Program-made: the position numbers and the translations under genes
Shown: positions 16,856 through 26,626 of the stretch, in pieces
How positions within the stretch are numbered: the stretch's first letter is position 1
Layout: every line of letters begins with the position of its first letter
Notes under the pieces: model-generated
The model's database searches: none
What the model saw: only the letters and a program-made list of their open reading frames with translations
What the model was told of the DNA's origin: nothing
Source: Candidatus Latescibacterota bacterium
GTDB taxonomy: Bacteria > Latescibacterota > UBA2968 > UBA8231
Reading direction: 5' to 3'
DNA: 64,000 nt
Assembly: GCA_965204725.1 (NCBI GenBank)
Contig: OZ242005.1
Coordinates: 3,136,001 to 3,200,000, forward strand

Positions 16856-18946
16856 TCAATCTCCAATCCACCCCCCAACTCCCAAGTGCCAAGTGCGCCC
16901 CGGAGCGGGTTCAAAGAAGCGGCCTCCAAAGGCGTTGGGAACCACCGAGCCGTTGTACCGAGCACCCGACAAGTTCTCGACCGCGACAAAGGCCCGCACG
17001 GCGCGATAGTCAATCCCCAAGCGCAGATCCATCCGCATATAAGCGCGGTTGAAAAAATCGTCGGGAGAGGCGTCGCTTTGGGGCGGAGGGCCGTTGAAAT
17101 CGTTGGCCCAGTAGCGGCCTACTCGCTCTAATTCGACCTCGGCAAACAGGCCCTGCGGACTCTCGTAGCTCAGGCCGGCAAAGAGCCGGTGGCGCGGCAC
17201 GCCCGGCACCTCGTTGCCAGCAAGCTGAACGAGCACGGAGTCGGCTTCAACTTCGTAGTCCTCGAAAACATAATCGCCAAAGGTGTACGCGAGATCGGCC
17301 CGCAGCCCGGGGCGCGGCACCGCCGACAGCGAGAGTTCCAATCCGCGATTGCGCGCTTGGCCGGCGTTGCGGAAATAAATTTCCTCGCTGTCTGCACGCT
17401 CAACCTGAAAGGGAATGAGCGCGTCGGCGATTTGGAGCTGGTACAGGGCCACCTCCAGATCCAAGCGCGCCCGGCGCACGCGCCAGCCCGTTTCCAACCC
17501 GAGGACGCGCTCAGGGTTTAGATCGGGGTTAAAGCCGCCCTCGCCGCTGGGCCGATTGCCCAACTCAGAGGTCGTGGGCGTCTGAAAGGCCGTGGCAACA
17601 TGGGCATACCAACGGGAGAAGGAGCCGAGGCGATACACCACGCCCGCCATCGGACTGAACTGGCCCATGGTGCGCACATGATCGGCAACGGCAAATCGGT
17701 AGCGGTCGTAGCGGCCGCCCACGGTCGCGGTCAGCGCGGTGCCCAAATTTTGCTCCAAGGCGACAAAGGGGCCTACGCTCCGCACCTGTTCCTCTTGATC
17801 CACTTGGCGGTCGCCGTATTGCACGAGCGAGAAAACGCGCTCGTCTTCTACGCGCACACCTTCGGGCAAGCCCTCGTTGGCGAACTCGCGGCGGTCGTCG
17901 CGCTGGAAGTCCATGTCGAGGCCGGTCACAAGGCGCGTCCCAGCCCAAGCGAATTGGTGTTCGGTGCGTAGGCCGCCCGCCCGGCGGTCGAGCTCGATAA
18001 TCCGCCCCGGGATGGGGTTTTTGAGCGCCCGGCTAACGCCGTACAGCACGAGGCTCGACGCGCGGTGGTGCGGCGCGTGTGGCGGGCGATATTCAAGACG
18101 GATGCCGCCTTGGCCTTGGCGAACCTGCTTGGAGGCCCCCTGCCCCACCACGAACCCGCGGACGCTGCGCGGGCGGGCGCGGGCCGCGTCCGCAGCGAGC
18201 GAACTCGGATTGAACAAATAGGGCGCGTCGTACCAATGCAGCAGGAGCGTCAACTCAGTATGGGGGGTGAGGGTGCGGCCCACGTGCGCGTTGAGGCCGC
18301 GGGCGCGAGCGTGGGCGTGGTCGCGGTAACCTTCGCTGCGCAGGTCATGCACGCTGGCGAACGCATGGGTTTTAGCGGCGCGGCCCGCAAGGCTCGTCTG
18401 CACGCGGAACAGGCCGTTGCTACCGGCGATTAAGCGCGGCGTCACGCGCCAAGCCGCCTCGGCCGGTACTTGGGTGTGGGCCGCGAGCACGCCGCCGCCG
18501 GCATTGCCATACAGCGAAGAGCTGGGGCCGCGCACGATCTCAATGCGGCCCGTTGACCCCAAGTCGAGGTTGTTGAGTTGGCTCTGGCCATCGGGCATGG
18601 TCAGGGGGATGCCGTCGAGCAAGACCTTGATCCCGCGGACGCCAAAGGCCGCCCGCGCTCCTAGGCCGCGTACGCTGAGCCGATCGCCTTGAGAAAGGTT
18701 GTGGCGGTTAGCGACGAACAGCCCGGGTACCGGACGCAGCGACTCGGCGAGCGAGAGGCCGGGCCGGGCGCGCCCGACATCTGCGACCACGGCCGTGGCA
18801 AGCGGCAGGTCAAAACCCTCGCGGGGCGAGCGCGTCGCCGTGATTTCGGTGGGGGGCATTTGGTAGCGGGGCGCGGGATCGTCGGCGCGGACAGCCGCGG
18901 CGATCAAAATTGGTACTAGGCACTGGATTAACTGGTTTTTTTTCAT
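16856..18946 (-). CDS. TonB-dependent receptor, YncD/PqqU-like
   Basis: Plug ESL..VPGL.V.NR.N..Q...SVRG.GARAAFGVRGI...DGIP.TMPDGQ; C-terminal RFFEPAPGR; signal peptide from ATG at 18946. Confidence 0.85.
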   Translation of the reverse strand: MKKNQLIQCLVPILIAAAVRADDPAPRYQMPPTEITATRSPREGFDLPLATAVVADVGRARPGLSLAESLRPVPGLFVANRHNLSQGDRLSVRGLGARAAFGVRGIKVLLDGIPLTMPDGQSQLNNLDLGSTGRIEIVRGPSSSLYGNAGGGVLAAHTQVPAEAAWRVTPRLIAGSNGLFRVQTSLAGRAAKTHAFASVHDLRSEGYRDHAHARARGLNAHVGRTLTPHTELTLLLHWYDAPYLFNPSSLAADAARARPRSVRGFVVGQGASKQVRQGQGGIRLEYRPPHAPHHRASSLVLYGVSRALKNPIPGRIIELDRRAGGLRTEHQFAWAGTRLVTGLDMDFQRDDRREFANEGLPEGVRVEDERVFSLVQYGDRQVDQEEQVRSVGPFVALEQNLGTALTATVGGRYDRYRFAVADHVRTMGQFSPMAGVVYRLGSFSRWYAHVATAFQTPTTSELGNRPSGEGGFNPDLNPERVLGLETGWRVRRARLDLEVALYQLQIADALIPFQVERADSEEIYFRNAGQARNRGLELSLSAVPRPGLRADLAYTFGDYVFEDYEVEADSVLVQLAGNEVPGVPRHRLFAGLSYESPQGLFAEVELERVGRYWANDFNGPPPQSDASPDDFFNRAYMRMDLRLGIDYRAVRAFVAVENLSGARYNGSVVPNAFGGRFFEPAPGRTWHLGVGGWIGD

Positions 18947-19011
18947 AGCATTAAAGAACACCACGAAGAAATACCAACGCAACAGACGCAAACCTACATT
19001 GGGGCCAAACC

Positions 19012-19464
19012 ATGAGCGTGGGGATCGCACTGGTGCTGGTGCTGGGCGGGTGCTTTGCCGCAGAGGACGGGCCGCCGAGCGGCGCGGAGGACGGGCTGCA
19101 CAGCGAAGTAGAATTTGTCGAGGACTCAGGACTAGAGGGCAGCGTGTTGATCGACAGCCTGACTTGGTGGCCGCTTTTGCCGCGACTCGCACTAGGGGAG
19201 ACAGCCGAATTCGAGGGGGTCTTTACAGCCGTGTTTCGCAATGTCGGGGCCGCAACCGTGTGGGTGCGCTACGACTTGCGGTTTTTCGACCGGGAGGAAT
19301 TTCTAATCGACGCGTTTATACCGCTTGGGCAGCCGGTCGTCCTCAGTGCCGGGGAAGCGCACCGCGTGGAGGGAGATTTTCTAATTCGCACCGATGATCC
19401 GCGGGATTTTGAGCGGCTCGCCCTGATGCGGCTCGTAGCACGCATTCGGCGACCCGAGGAATAG
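19012..19464 (+). CDS. Hypothetical lipoprotein
   Basis: Lipobox-like LVLGGC; beta-rich YDLRFFD segment reminiscent of YcfL/FxLYD proteins. Confidence 0.6.
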   Translation: MSVGIALVLVLGGCFAAEDGPPSGAEDGLHSEVEFVEDSGLEGSVLIDSLTWWPLLPRLALGETAEFEGVFTAVFRNVGAATVWVRYDLRFFDREEFLIDAFIPLGQPVVLSAGEAHRVEGDFLIRTDDPRDFERLALMRLVARIRRPEE

Positions 19465-19467
19465 GAG

Positions 19468-20421
19468 TCAAGTGCCGTCTCGCAGGCCCCCTAGAATAGC
19501 CATGGCGAGCTCCATCGTAGCAAGGGCCTCGTCCAAGTCCGCTGCCGGCGGGCCGATGGGGCGGTCGGCCTTAATGCAGTCGAAGAAGTGGGCCGCTTGT
19601 GCCAGTGTGCTGTCCGTGCCGTCCTTTTGCAAGCACTCGCGCTTCCCGTCGCAGACCAGCTCGCACGTGGAAATTCCCTCTAAATAGGCCGAGATGTCGC
19701 GGCCGTGGATTTCGTAGCGCTCTAAGCGGGCGTCCGTGGTGTAGTTGGCGCAGATCTGGGCGACGCAGTCGTTTTCAAAGACGACCAAAGCGGCGTGGAC
19801 GTCCTTGTACGCGGATGTGCGCCGGACGAAACTGTGAACTTCGGCGACCGGGGCACCACCTAAGTGGCGCACCAAATCAATCGCGTGGATCGGGCTTTCG
19901 AGGAGCATGTTGTCCATGACGATTTCGGGGAAGCGGCCCGCGGCGACAAAACGGCTCATGCTCTTGTGGAACTCGCCGACGAGCTGGTAGATCGGGCCAC
20001 GGGCCGCGATCTCGGCGCGCACTCGCAAAACTAGCGGATCGAAGCGGCGGTTCCAGCCGACCATGCCGCGGGCCCCGCTGGCCTCGGCGGCCTCTTTGAG
20101 CGCACGGGTTTGGTCTAGGCTCAGTCCCGGGGGTTTTTCGAGCAGGGTGTCAATGCCTCGCTCCAAGCACGGCCGGGCCGCCTCGGCGTTGAGATGGGCC
20201 GGGGTAGCCACGATCGCCGCGGCCAATTCCTCGGCGTCGAGCATGGCCTCTATGGTCGCGTAGCGACGCTCAATGCCCCACTCATCGCCCACCTGTTCGC
20301 GGTTTGCCGCAACGGGATCGCAGATGGCGACCAACTCGACATCCGCCAGCGCGTGCAGAGCGCGGACATGACCCCGACCGCGCCCTCCGCAGCCAACTAA
20401 TCCGACCTGTATATTCGCCAT
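19468..20421 (-). CDS. Gfo/Idh/MocA family oxidoreductase
   Basis: VGLVGCGGRG, LLEKP, GWNRRF, IHAID. Confidence 0.9.
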   Translation of the reverse strand: MANIQVGLVGCGGRGRGHVRALHALADVELVAICDPVAANREQVGDEWGIERRYATIEAMLDAEELAAAIVATPAHLNAEAARPCLERGIDTLLEKPPGLSLDQTRALKEAAEASGARGMVGWNRRFDPLVLRVRAEIAARGPIYQLVGEFHKSMSRFVAAGRFPEIVMDNMLLESPIHAIDLVRHLGGAPVAEVHSFVRRTSAYKDVHAALVVFENDCVAQICANYTTDARLERYEIHGRDISAYLEGISTCELVCDGKRECLQKDGTDSTLAQAAHFFDCIKADRPIGPPAADLDEALATMELAMAILGGLRDGT

Positions 20422-20448
20422 GTCCGTTCCCCTTTCCCAGCAAAGCGA

Positions 20449-20478
20449 AACGGGCTACGTCTTTTGACGTAACCCGTT
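20449..20478 (-). terminator. Hairpin downstream of tRNA-Arg(ACG)
   Basis: aacgggctacgtc-tttt-gacgtaacccgtt. Confidence 0.6.
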
Positions 20479-20486
20479 GTTTTTTA

Positions 20487-20563
20487 TGGCGCACCCACAG
20501 GGACTCGAACCCCGAACCTTCTGATCCGTAGTCAGGTGCTCTATCCAATTGAGCTATGGGTGC
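20487..20563 (-). tRNA. tRNA-Arg(ACG)
   Basis: GCACCCATAGCTCAATTGGATAGAGC...CT-ACG-GA...GGTTCGAGTCC...GCCA; upstream TTGACG-17-TATTTT. Confidence 0.95.
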
Positions 20564-20608
20564 ATAGCAAAATGCAGGGTTATAAAATAGACCCAGCCCC
20601 CACGCTCG

Positions 20609-21784
20609 TCAAGGCGCGAGCCGCTCGGACAGAGCCTCCAAGTACTTGTAGCCCGACCCCGTATTGAAGAGCACTACGCGCTCGTCCGCTTCCACCAGTC
20701 CCTGCTCCGCGAGCTTGGTTAGGGCCGCTAGCGTGGCCCCGCCTTCGGGCGCGGGAAAAATGCCGGTGTGCGCCGCCATGTGGTGCGAATGCGCGAGCAA
20801 TTCCTCGTCGCTGACGGCAATTGCGCTGCCACCGCTTTCTCGCAACACCTGCAACATCAGAAAGTCGCCGACCGCGCTGGGGACCCGCAGACCCGAGGCC
20901 ACCGTGTGGGCGGCTTCCCACGGCTGGGCGGATTCATGGCCGAGGGCAAAGGCCCGGACAATCGGCGCACAGCCCTCGGCCTGCACCGAGATCATCCGCG
21001 GCCGGTGCCGACCAATCCAGCCGAGTTGCTCCAGCTCGGCGAATGCCTTCCACATCCCGATCAGCCCCGTGCCCCCGCCGGTGGGATAAATCACCACGTC
21101 GGGCAGCGACCAATCCATCTGCTCAGCCAGCTCGTAGCCCAAGGTCTTCTTGCCCTCAATGCGGTACGGTTCCTTCAGGGTGGACACCTCGAACCACCCC
21201 TCGGCTTCCTTGCGCTCGCCGACGATGCGGCCGCAATCGCTGATTAGCCCGTCAACCAGTTCGACCTCAGCACCGCAAGACCGACACTCGGCGACAAAGG
21301 CCAGCGGTGTGTCGCGGGGCATAAAGACAATCGCCGGCAGGCCACAGGCGGCCGCATAAGCCGCCAAGGCACCACCGGCATTGCCCGCCGTGGGGATGGC
21401 CAGCTTTTTCGCGCCGCGCGTACGGGCACAAGTGACAGCGGCCGAGAGGCCGCGGGCCTTGAAGGAGCCCGTGGGGTTGAGTGATTCGTCTTTGATGTAG
21501 AGCCGGGAAAAGCCCGTCCAGCGCCCCAAACGCTCTGGGCGGTGCAACGGGGTGAAGCCCTCGCCGAGGGAGACGATCTCCTCGGGCGTGCCGATGGGCA
21601 TGACTTCCCGGTAGCGCCACATCGTCGGCGGGCGGGTGCTGAGCGCGGCGCGGGGCAGCGCATGGCCGGCTCGGTCGAGATCGTAGCGGGCGAGGAGGGG
21701 CGCACCGGCCTCCGAGAGGTTGTGCAGCGCGTCGGCGTCGTAGCGTTCGCCCGTGCGGGCACATTCTAGATGCGTCATGAACAT
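20609..21784 (-). CDS. thrC: Threonine synthase (PLP fold II)
   Basis: SLGEGFTPL, NPTGSFKARG, TAGNAG, EGKKT, PTGGG, FNTGSGYK. Confidence 0.85.
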   Translation of the reverse strand: MFMTHLECARTGERYDADALHNLSEAGAPLLARYDLDRAGHALPRAALSTRPPTMWRYREVMPIGTPEEIVSLGEGFTPLHRPERLGRWTGFSRLYIKDESLNPTGSFKARGLSAAVTCARTRGAKKLAIPTAGNAGGALAAYAAACGLPAIVFMPRDTPLAFVAECRSCGAEVELVDGLISDCGRIVGERKEAEGWFEVSTLKEPYRIEGKKTLGYELAEQMDWSLPDVVIYPTGGGTGLIGMWKAFAELEQLGWIGRHRPRMISVQAEGCAPIVRAFALGHESAQPWEAAHTVASGLRVPSAVGDFLMLQVLRESGGSAIAVSDEELLAHSHHMAAHTGIFPAPEGGATLAALTKLAEQGLVEADERVVLFNTGSGYKYLEALSERLAP

Positions 21785-22362
21785 GGGGGGGAGTACAGTC
21801 CTTTCGCCCGGATGTGGGCCTCGACCGCTTCGGGGACCATGTAGCGGATGGGCAGGCCGGCGGCGCGGCGCGTCCTAATCTCGGTCGAGGATAGCTCAAT
21901 GAGCGGAGTGGCTATAAAGCGCAGGCGCACCAGCAGCTTGGGGTCGCCTCCCTCTACCTCGCCCGGGCGCGCACCCGCCACCACCGTACAGTGGGCAAAA
22001 ATGCCTTCGAGGTCGTGCCAAGCGTCGAGCTGGGCGATGTTGTCCGCGCCGATGATGAAAAACAGCGCAGCATGGGGATACCGCTGGTGCAGCAGGCCGA
22101 GGGTTTCGACGGTATAGGACGTGCCCGGGCGGTCTAGCTCCAAGCGCGAGGCCGCAAAGTCGGGGCAGTCGGCCACGGCTAGTTGGACCATGGTCCAGCG
22201 CTCCTCGGCTGGCGCATAGGCACCCTGCTTGAGCGGCGGATCGGCCGCCGGGATGAAGATCACTTCGTCGAGGGGGATTTGCTCTAGGGCGAAGCGGGCC
22301 AAGAGCAGGTGGCCGTGGTGGATGGGGTCAAAGGTGCCGCCGATGACGCCGATGCGCCGCAT
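21775..22362 (-). CDS. nadD: Nicotinate-nucleotide adenylyltransferase
   Basis: GGTFDPIHHGH, SYTVETL, IIGAD, LSSTEIR. Confidence 0.95.
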   Translation of the reverse strand: MRRIGVIGGTFDPIHHGHLLLARFALEQIPLDEVIFIPAADPPLKQGAYAPAEERWTMVQLAVADCPDFAASRLELDRPGTSYTVETLGLLHQRYPHAALFFIIGADNIAQLDAWHDLEGIFAHCTVVAGARPGEVEGGDPKLLVRLRFIATPLIELSSTEIRTRRAAGLPIRYMVPEAVEAHIRAKGLYSPPCS

Positions 22363-22364
22363 CT

Positions 22365-23111
22365 TCAGCCCGGCGATTGGCTTAGCTCAGACAAGTGCTT
22401 TTGCACGCCCTCCACCAGCTTTGGGTCGCCGCTGTCTTGTAGCACTTCCTTCCAGTAGCGCACCGCTAGCTCCACATCGCCTTGGGCGTGGGCGATTTCG
22501 CCCATGCGGAGGAGGGTCGTGTAATACCACTCGCCGACATCTGGGTACTCGCGCAGAACTTCCTCATAGGTCATTTTGGCGGCGTCGAGATAGCCCTGTT
22601 TGTGGTATAGGCGGCCGCTCAAGTATTGCTTTTGGGCGAGGCGGTTCCGGCACTCGACAATGCGCTGGCGGGCCTGTTCAGCCAAGGGCGAGTCGAAGTG
22701 GTCCTCAATGAAGTTGCGGAAGGCCGTCAGGGCCTCAAAGGTCTCCTTCTGGTCCAGCTCGGGGCGGCGCAGTTGCTTGAAGTGCGATTCGCCGACCTTG
22801 AACTGCGCCTCGACCGCCCACTCGCTCGACGGATAAATATCGACGATGCGCTGATACTCAAAGGCGGAGTTGACCCAATCGCGGCTGCAAAAGTACGCTT
22901 CGGCGAGGAGAAACTGCGCCTCGGCGACCCGCCGCGAGCCGGGAAAATTGCTGACTAAGCGCTTGAAGTGCTCGGAGGCCTCTAGGCAGCGGTTCTTGGC
23001 CATGGCCTTTTGGCCTTCGGCAAAGTAGTAATCCGCGCCTTGGAGTTTCTCCGACGGCGTGCTGGCACAGGCGGCGACGCCCAGCGCGAGCGAAAAAGCA
23101 AGGTATTTCAT
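22365..23111 (-). CDS. bamD: Outer membrane assembly lipoprotein BamD
   Basis: Lipobox VAAC; TPRs; ELDQ.ET..A...F..FI...F.S; RLAQKQY..GRLY. Confidence 0.85.
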   Translation of the reverse strand: MKYLAFSLALGVAACASTPSEKLQGADYYFAEGQKAMAKNRCLEASEHFKRLVSNFPGSRRVAEAQFLLAEAYFCSRDWVNSAFEYQRIVDIYPSSEWAVEAQFKVGESHFKQLRRPELDQKETFEALTAFRNFIEDHFDSPLAEQARQRIVECRNRLAQKQYLSGRLYHKQGYLDAAKMTYEEVLREYPDVGEWYYTTLLRMGEIAHAQGDVELAVRYWKEVLQDSGDPKLVEGVQKHLSELSQSPG

Positions 23112-23113
23112 GG

Positions 23114-23740
23114 CTAGCGGTTGGAAAAGAACAAATAGATGAGCCCACCGAGCACGGTGGATACGATCACAGGTTCGACGAACTTGCTCCACGTTTGTTC
23201 CTCTAACTCGGTCTTGGCGAATTTGAACTGGTCGTGCTGGAGTATGGCTAGCTGCTTTTTGGGGATCCGATCGCGCTGCGTCCGGGTGATTTCGTCCTGC
23301 CAGTGGACCACGTCGTCGCGCTCGTCGCTCAAGCGCAGGGCGAGCGTTACCCGGCCTTGGCGGCGGACCGCGCTGCCGCGCAATCCCGCATGCGCGGAGA
23401 CGCCGAGGTCGAGCACTCGGTAGGACAGGCGCATACTCATCGGTTGGGATGCGGTCGAATCCAAGGTCACGCTAAAGCCGCGCGTTAGCAGCCGGTTGGC
23501 GAGCAGATGCTCAATCATCCAATTGGCGTCGTGCCTGCTCTGCGCCACGACCAACAAGGGGGCGGTCGCGGCGTTGGCCGGCATGTCAATGCGCGTCAAA
23601 CTCGCCTCAACCGCACTCGCCACGGTCTCGACCAACAAGTCCATATTGGTGGGAAAAGGAGCGGCCCTCGACGCAGTGGCACAGACCATCAGCGCGGCCA
23701 AAAGGCGATAACAGACTCGGAGCACGATCGGTCGCATCAA
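23114..23740 (-). CDS. Hypothetical exported protein with C-terminal TM helix
   Basis: Signal peptide; C-terminal VEPVIVSTVLGGLIYLFFSNR; tightly packed in the operon. Confidence 0.7.
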   Translation of the reverse strand: MMRPIVLRVCYRLLAALMVCATASRAAPFPTNMDLLVETVASAVEASLTRIDMPANAATAPLLVVAQSRHDANWMIEHLLANRLLTRGFSVTLDSTASQPMSMRLSYRVLDLGVSAHAGLRGSAVRRQGRVTLALRLSDERDDVVHWQDEITRTQRDRIPKKQLAILQHDQFKFAKTELEEQTWSKFVEPVIVSTVLGGLIYLFFSNR

Positions 23741-24477
23741 CCGCCGAGTTGCTTGATTTTGTCGCGGGCAGTGGGCACGTATTCGCTGTCGGGATATTCG
23801 TCGATCAGCTTGCGCAAGGCCGCAAGGGCTCGGTCGCGATCTTCTCGCCGGAGGTGACAGCGGGCGATCTTTAGCTGGGCGTCGTCGGCCTTATCCGTGT
23901 TGCTAAAGGCGAACACCTTGGTGAATTCGATGAGCGCCTGCTGGTATTTGCCCAGCCCGTAATAGCACTCGCCCTTCCAGTACTGGGCGTTGTCGGACCA
24001 TTCGCTCATGGGGGCTTCCAGTAGCAAGCGGTCGAACTCGACTAAGGCGCGGTTGTATTGTTCGTGGCGGTAGTAGTAGAGCGCGCCTTGGTACATGTTG
24101 AACGCATCGCTGGTGTCGATGACCGCCGTCGTATCGGCCGGGGTATCGCGGCCGCTGGGGCTAGCGGCGACGGGCGGCGGCGGCATGGCCCGGCTGGGCA
24201 AGGAATCCAGTCGGGCACTTAGAACCCGGCTCTGGCCCTTGAGGGCGTTGAGGGCTTGGCGCAACTGGGCATTGGATTCCTCTAGCTGGCGCACGCGCTC
24301 GGCCATGGTCTGCTCGCGCTCATAGGCGGCCGCAACAGCTCGTTGGAGGGCTTGGAGGGCTTCGCTTCCCTCTTGCTCGGGCTCTTCCCACTGGCCGAGG
24401 GGTTGCTCAACTTGGGGAGGCGCGGCGCACGCCCCGAGGCCCAAGACCAACGCCAACGCGCTTTTCGCGCTCTTCAT
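23737..24477 (-). CDS. cpoB: Tol-Pal protein CpoB/YbgF-like lipoprotein (coiled coil plus TPR)
   Basis: Lipobox LGAC; coiled coil; SDNAQYWKGECYY, KADDAQLKIA, YPDSEY. Confidence 0.8.
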   Translation of the reverse strand: MKSAKSALALVLGLGACAAPPQVEQPLGQWEEPEQEGSEALQALQRAVAAAYEREQTMAERVRQLEESNAQLRQALNALKGQSRVLSARLDSLPSRAMPPPPVAASPSGRDTPADTTAVIDTSDAFNMYQGALYYYRHEQYNRALVEFDRLLLEAPMSEWSDNAQYWKGECYYGLGKYQQALIEFTKVFAFSNTDKADDAQLKIARCHLRREDRDRALAALRKLIDEYPDSEYVPTARDKIKQLGG

Positions 24478-24563
24478 CGCATTTTTTATTGGGAAACACA
24501 AATGGACCATCTTCGCTGAATATAGCACAATCCCCCTTCCAAACCAAATGCCTGCAAGGAGCG

Positions 24564-25079
24564 TCACGCACTCGGCAGCGCCCGGATGCGCTCAACTAAT
24601 TGAGTGGTGGAAATGCCCGGCCACAGCGGCAAGGCGCGCACTTGGCCGCCGTATGCTTTGACGTGCGCATGGCCGACGATGGCGGCCGGGGCGTAATCGC
24701 CTCCCTTGACCAAAACATCGGGCGAGAGCGCGGCCACGAGGCTCTCGACGCTCTCGCCCGAGAAGATGCAGACATGCGAAACGCATTCTAAGGCCGCGAG
24801 TACGGCCGCGCGGTCGCCTTGCGGGCACAGGGGACGGCCTCGTCCCTTGAGGGCGCGGACCCCATCGTCGTCGTTTAATCCCACTGCGAGGCAATCGCCC
24901 AAGGCGCGGGCCGCCCGCAAGTACTCGACGTGGCCGCGGTGCAACAGGTCAAAGCATCCATTGGTAAAGACGAAGGTCTGCCGTGCTTTTCTTAATTGAC
25001 TGCGGACGGCGAGCAATTGGTCGCAAGTAATGATTTTGGCGGGACCGGCCCAGGCCGGCGGGGCGTCGGGCGACTGCAT
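24564..25079 (-). CDS. rfaE2: D-glycero-beta-D-manno-heptose 1-phosphate adenylyltransferase
   Basis: VFTNGCFDLLHRGH, LKG.GRP, PDVLVKGGDY, ISTT. Confidence 0.92.
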   Translation of the reverse strand: MQSPDAPPAWAGPAKIITCDQLLAVRSQLRKARQTFVFTNGCFDLLHRGHVEYLRAARALGDCLAVGLNDDDGVRALKGRGRPLCPQGDRAAVLAALECVSHVCIFSGESVESLVAALSPDVLVKGGDYAPAAIVGHAHVKAYGGQVRALPLWPGISTTQLVERIRALPSA

Positions 25080-25100
25080 GGGCAAGGACGAGGGGCGAAA

Positions 25101-25178
25101 TGGGGTGGATGACGGGAGTTGAACCCGCGCCCTCCAGGGCCACAACCTGGCGCTCTAACCAACTGAGCTACACCCACC
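25101..25178 (-). tRNA. tRNA-His(GTG), including G-1
   Basis: GGTGGGTGTAGCTCAGTTGGTTAGAGC..TT-GTG-GC..GGTTCAACTCCC..CCCCA. Confidence 0.95.
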
Positions 25179-25195
25179 ACTAGACTTGGGCTGCA

Positions 25196-25272
25196 TGGCG
25201 TGCCCAGTAGGACTCGAACCTACGACCGTCTGCTTAGAAGGCAGATGCTCTATCCAACTGAGCTATGGGCAC
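25196..25272 (-). tRNA. tRNA-Arg(TCT)
   Basis: GTGCCCATAGCTCAGTTGGATAGAGC..CT-TCT-AA..GGTTCGAGTCC..GCCA. Confidence 0.95.
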
Positions 25273-25303
25273 ATCGCCACGAACCCTTAAAAGGCGTTCA
25301 AAA

Positions 25304-25332
25304 ATATTAGGGGCTATTGCGATCAAAGTCAA
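25304..25332 (-). promoter_or_regulatory. Sigma70-type promoter for tRNA-Arg/tRNA-His and downstream genes
   Basis: TTGACT-17-TAATAT. Confidence 0.65.
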
Positions 25333-25344
25333 CGCACCGCACGG

Positions 25345-26406
25345 CTAGGCCGGGCCGCCGCTTTCGTTATTGACGGCTTGGACCAGCGCCCGCATGTAGG
25401 CGATGGAGTACGCGACGCCGGCGCGACTTCCGCCGATCAGCTCGGGGATGTGGTCGGGGATGATCGCGCCATCGAACTCGACCGCCCGCAGGGCCTGCAT
25501 CACGCGGTGCATGTCCTGATAGCCGTCGTCCATCAGGGTTTCGCTCCACGGGTCGGGCATGGGGTTGGAGACATTGCGGAAGTGAATTTTGAAGAGCTTT
25601 TTGCGCGCCCCAAAGTAGTGTATCGCCTCTTCAACCGACGCCCCCATGCCCTGCTTACCCCCCTCCAGCCAGCAGCCGACGCACAGACAGACGCCGATAT
25701 TGGGGCTGTCGGCGATGTCCATGGCTCGCTTGTACCCAGCGAAGTTGCCGAAGATGCAGCGCGGTATTCCGCCTAGGGCATAGACCGGCGGGTCATCGGG
25801 GTGGATGCCGATATAGACCCCAGCTTCCTCGGCGACCGGGGCCACCTGGCGGATCAGGTACTCGTAGTTTTCCCACAGTTCGTCTTCTGTGTAGGCTCGG
25901 CCGTGGGTCAAGTCGCCTGTAAAGGTCTCGCTACCCCAGCGTCCTTGGGCGTTTTTGATGTCGAGGGTGCGCGCACTCATGCCGCCGCGACGGGTGGTGC
26001 GGCCGGTGCTCCAGATGCCGTTGCCCATGTGGGCATAGGTGTGGTAGCGGATACCTGCGGCGCCGAGGTCGCGGATGAACTGGATTAGTTCTGCGACCTT
26101 CTCGTCGCGGCCGGGCAGGTTGAGCGTGATCGCCGGGACATTGTGGACCGCGTGATTGGCGATGCGGTAGATCTGGAGGCCGTATTGGGCAAAACGCCCG
26201 GCGAACTGCTTGTAGTGTTCGACGCTGTGCAACGCTGGATCGTCAACCCCGAGCATGGCCCACTCAACGCCGAGTTGTTGAAAAAATTGCAAATCCTCGT
26301 CGCTGGCCTTGTGCGAGGTCTGGACAGCGACTTGGATGCCCGGCTCGCTGGCGTACAAGCCGGGGACGGCGCGCAGGGCGTACGGTCTGTTGGCGGTCGC
26401 GGTCAT
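25345..26406 (-). CDS. uxuA: Mannonate dehydratase (UxuA) family protein
   Basis: LWENYEYL...PVAEEAGV.IGIHPDDPP, IHFRNV, IIPDHIP. Confidence 0.8.
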   Translation of the reverse strand: MTATANRPYALRAVPGLYASEPGIQVAVQTSHKASDEDLQFFQQLGVEWAMLGVDDPALHSVEHYKQFAGRFAQYGLQIYRIANHAVHNVPAITLNLPGRDEKVAELIQFIRDLGAAGIRYHTYAHMGNGIWSTGRTTRRGGMSARTLDIKNAQGRWGSETFTGDLTHGRAYTEDELWENYEYLIRQVAPVAEEAGVYIGIHPDDPPVYALGGIPRCIFGNFAGYKRAMDIADSPNIGVCLCVGCWLEGGKQGMGASVEEAIHYFGARKKLFKIHFRNVSNPMPDPWSETLMDDGYQDMHRVMQALRAVEFDGAIIPDHIPELIGGSRAGVAYSIAYMRALVQAVNNESGGPA

Positions 26407-26434
26407 GGGGTCTCTTCCTTATGCAGGATGATTG

Positions 26435-26522
26435 TGGTGCCGAGGGCCGGACTCGAACCGGCACGTCCTGAGCGGACAGTGGATTTTAAGTCCACCGCGT
26501 CTACCAATTCCGCCACCCCGGC
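26435..26522 (-). tRNA. tRNA-Leu(TAA)
   Basis: GCCGGGGTGGCGGAATTGGTAGACGC..CT-TAA-AA..long variable arm..GGTTCGAGTCC..ACCA. Confidence 0.95.
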
Positions 26523-26537
26523 ACACGGGCAAAAAAA

Positions 26538-26611
26538 TGGAGGCGACGCCCGGGATCGAACCGGGGATAAGGGCTTTGCAGGCCCCTGCCTTACCACTTG
26601 GCCACGTCGCC
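26538..26611 (-). tRNA. tRNA-Cys(GCA)
   Basis: GGCGACGTGGCCAAGTGGTAAGGC..CT-GCA-AA..GGTTCGATCCC..TCCA. Confidence 0.95.
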
Positions 26612-26626
26612 TCAAATAGGGCTTTG

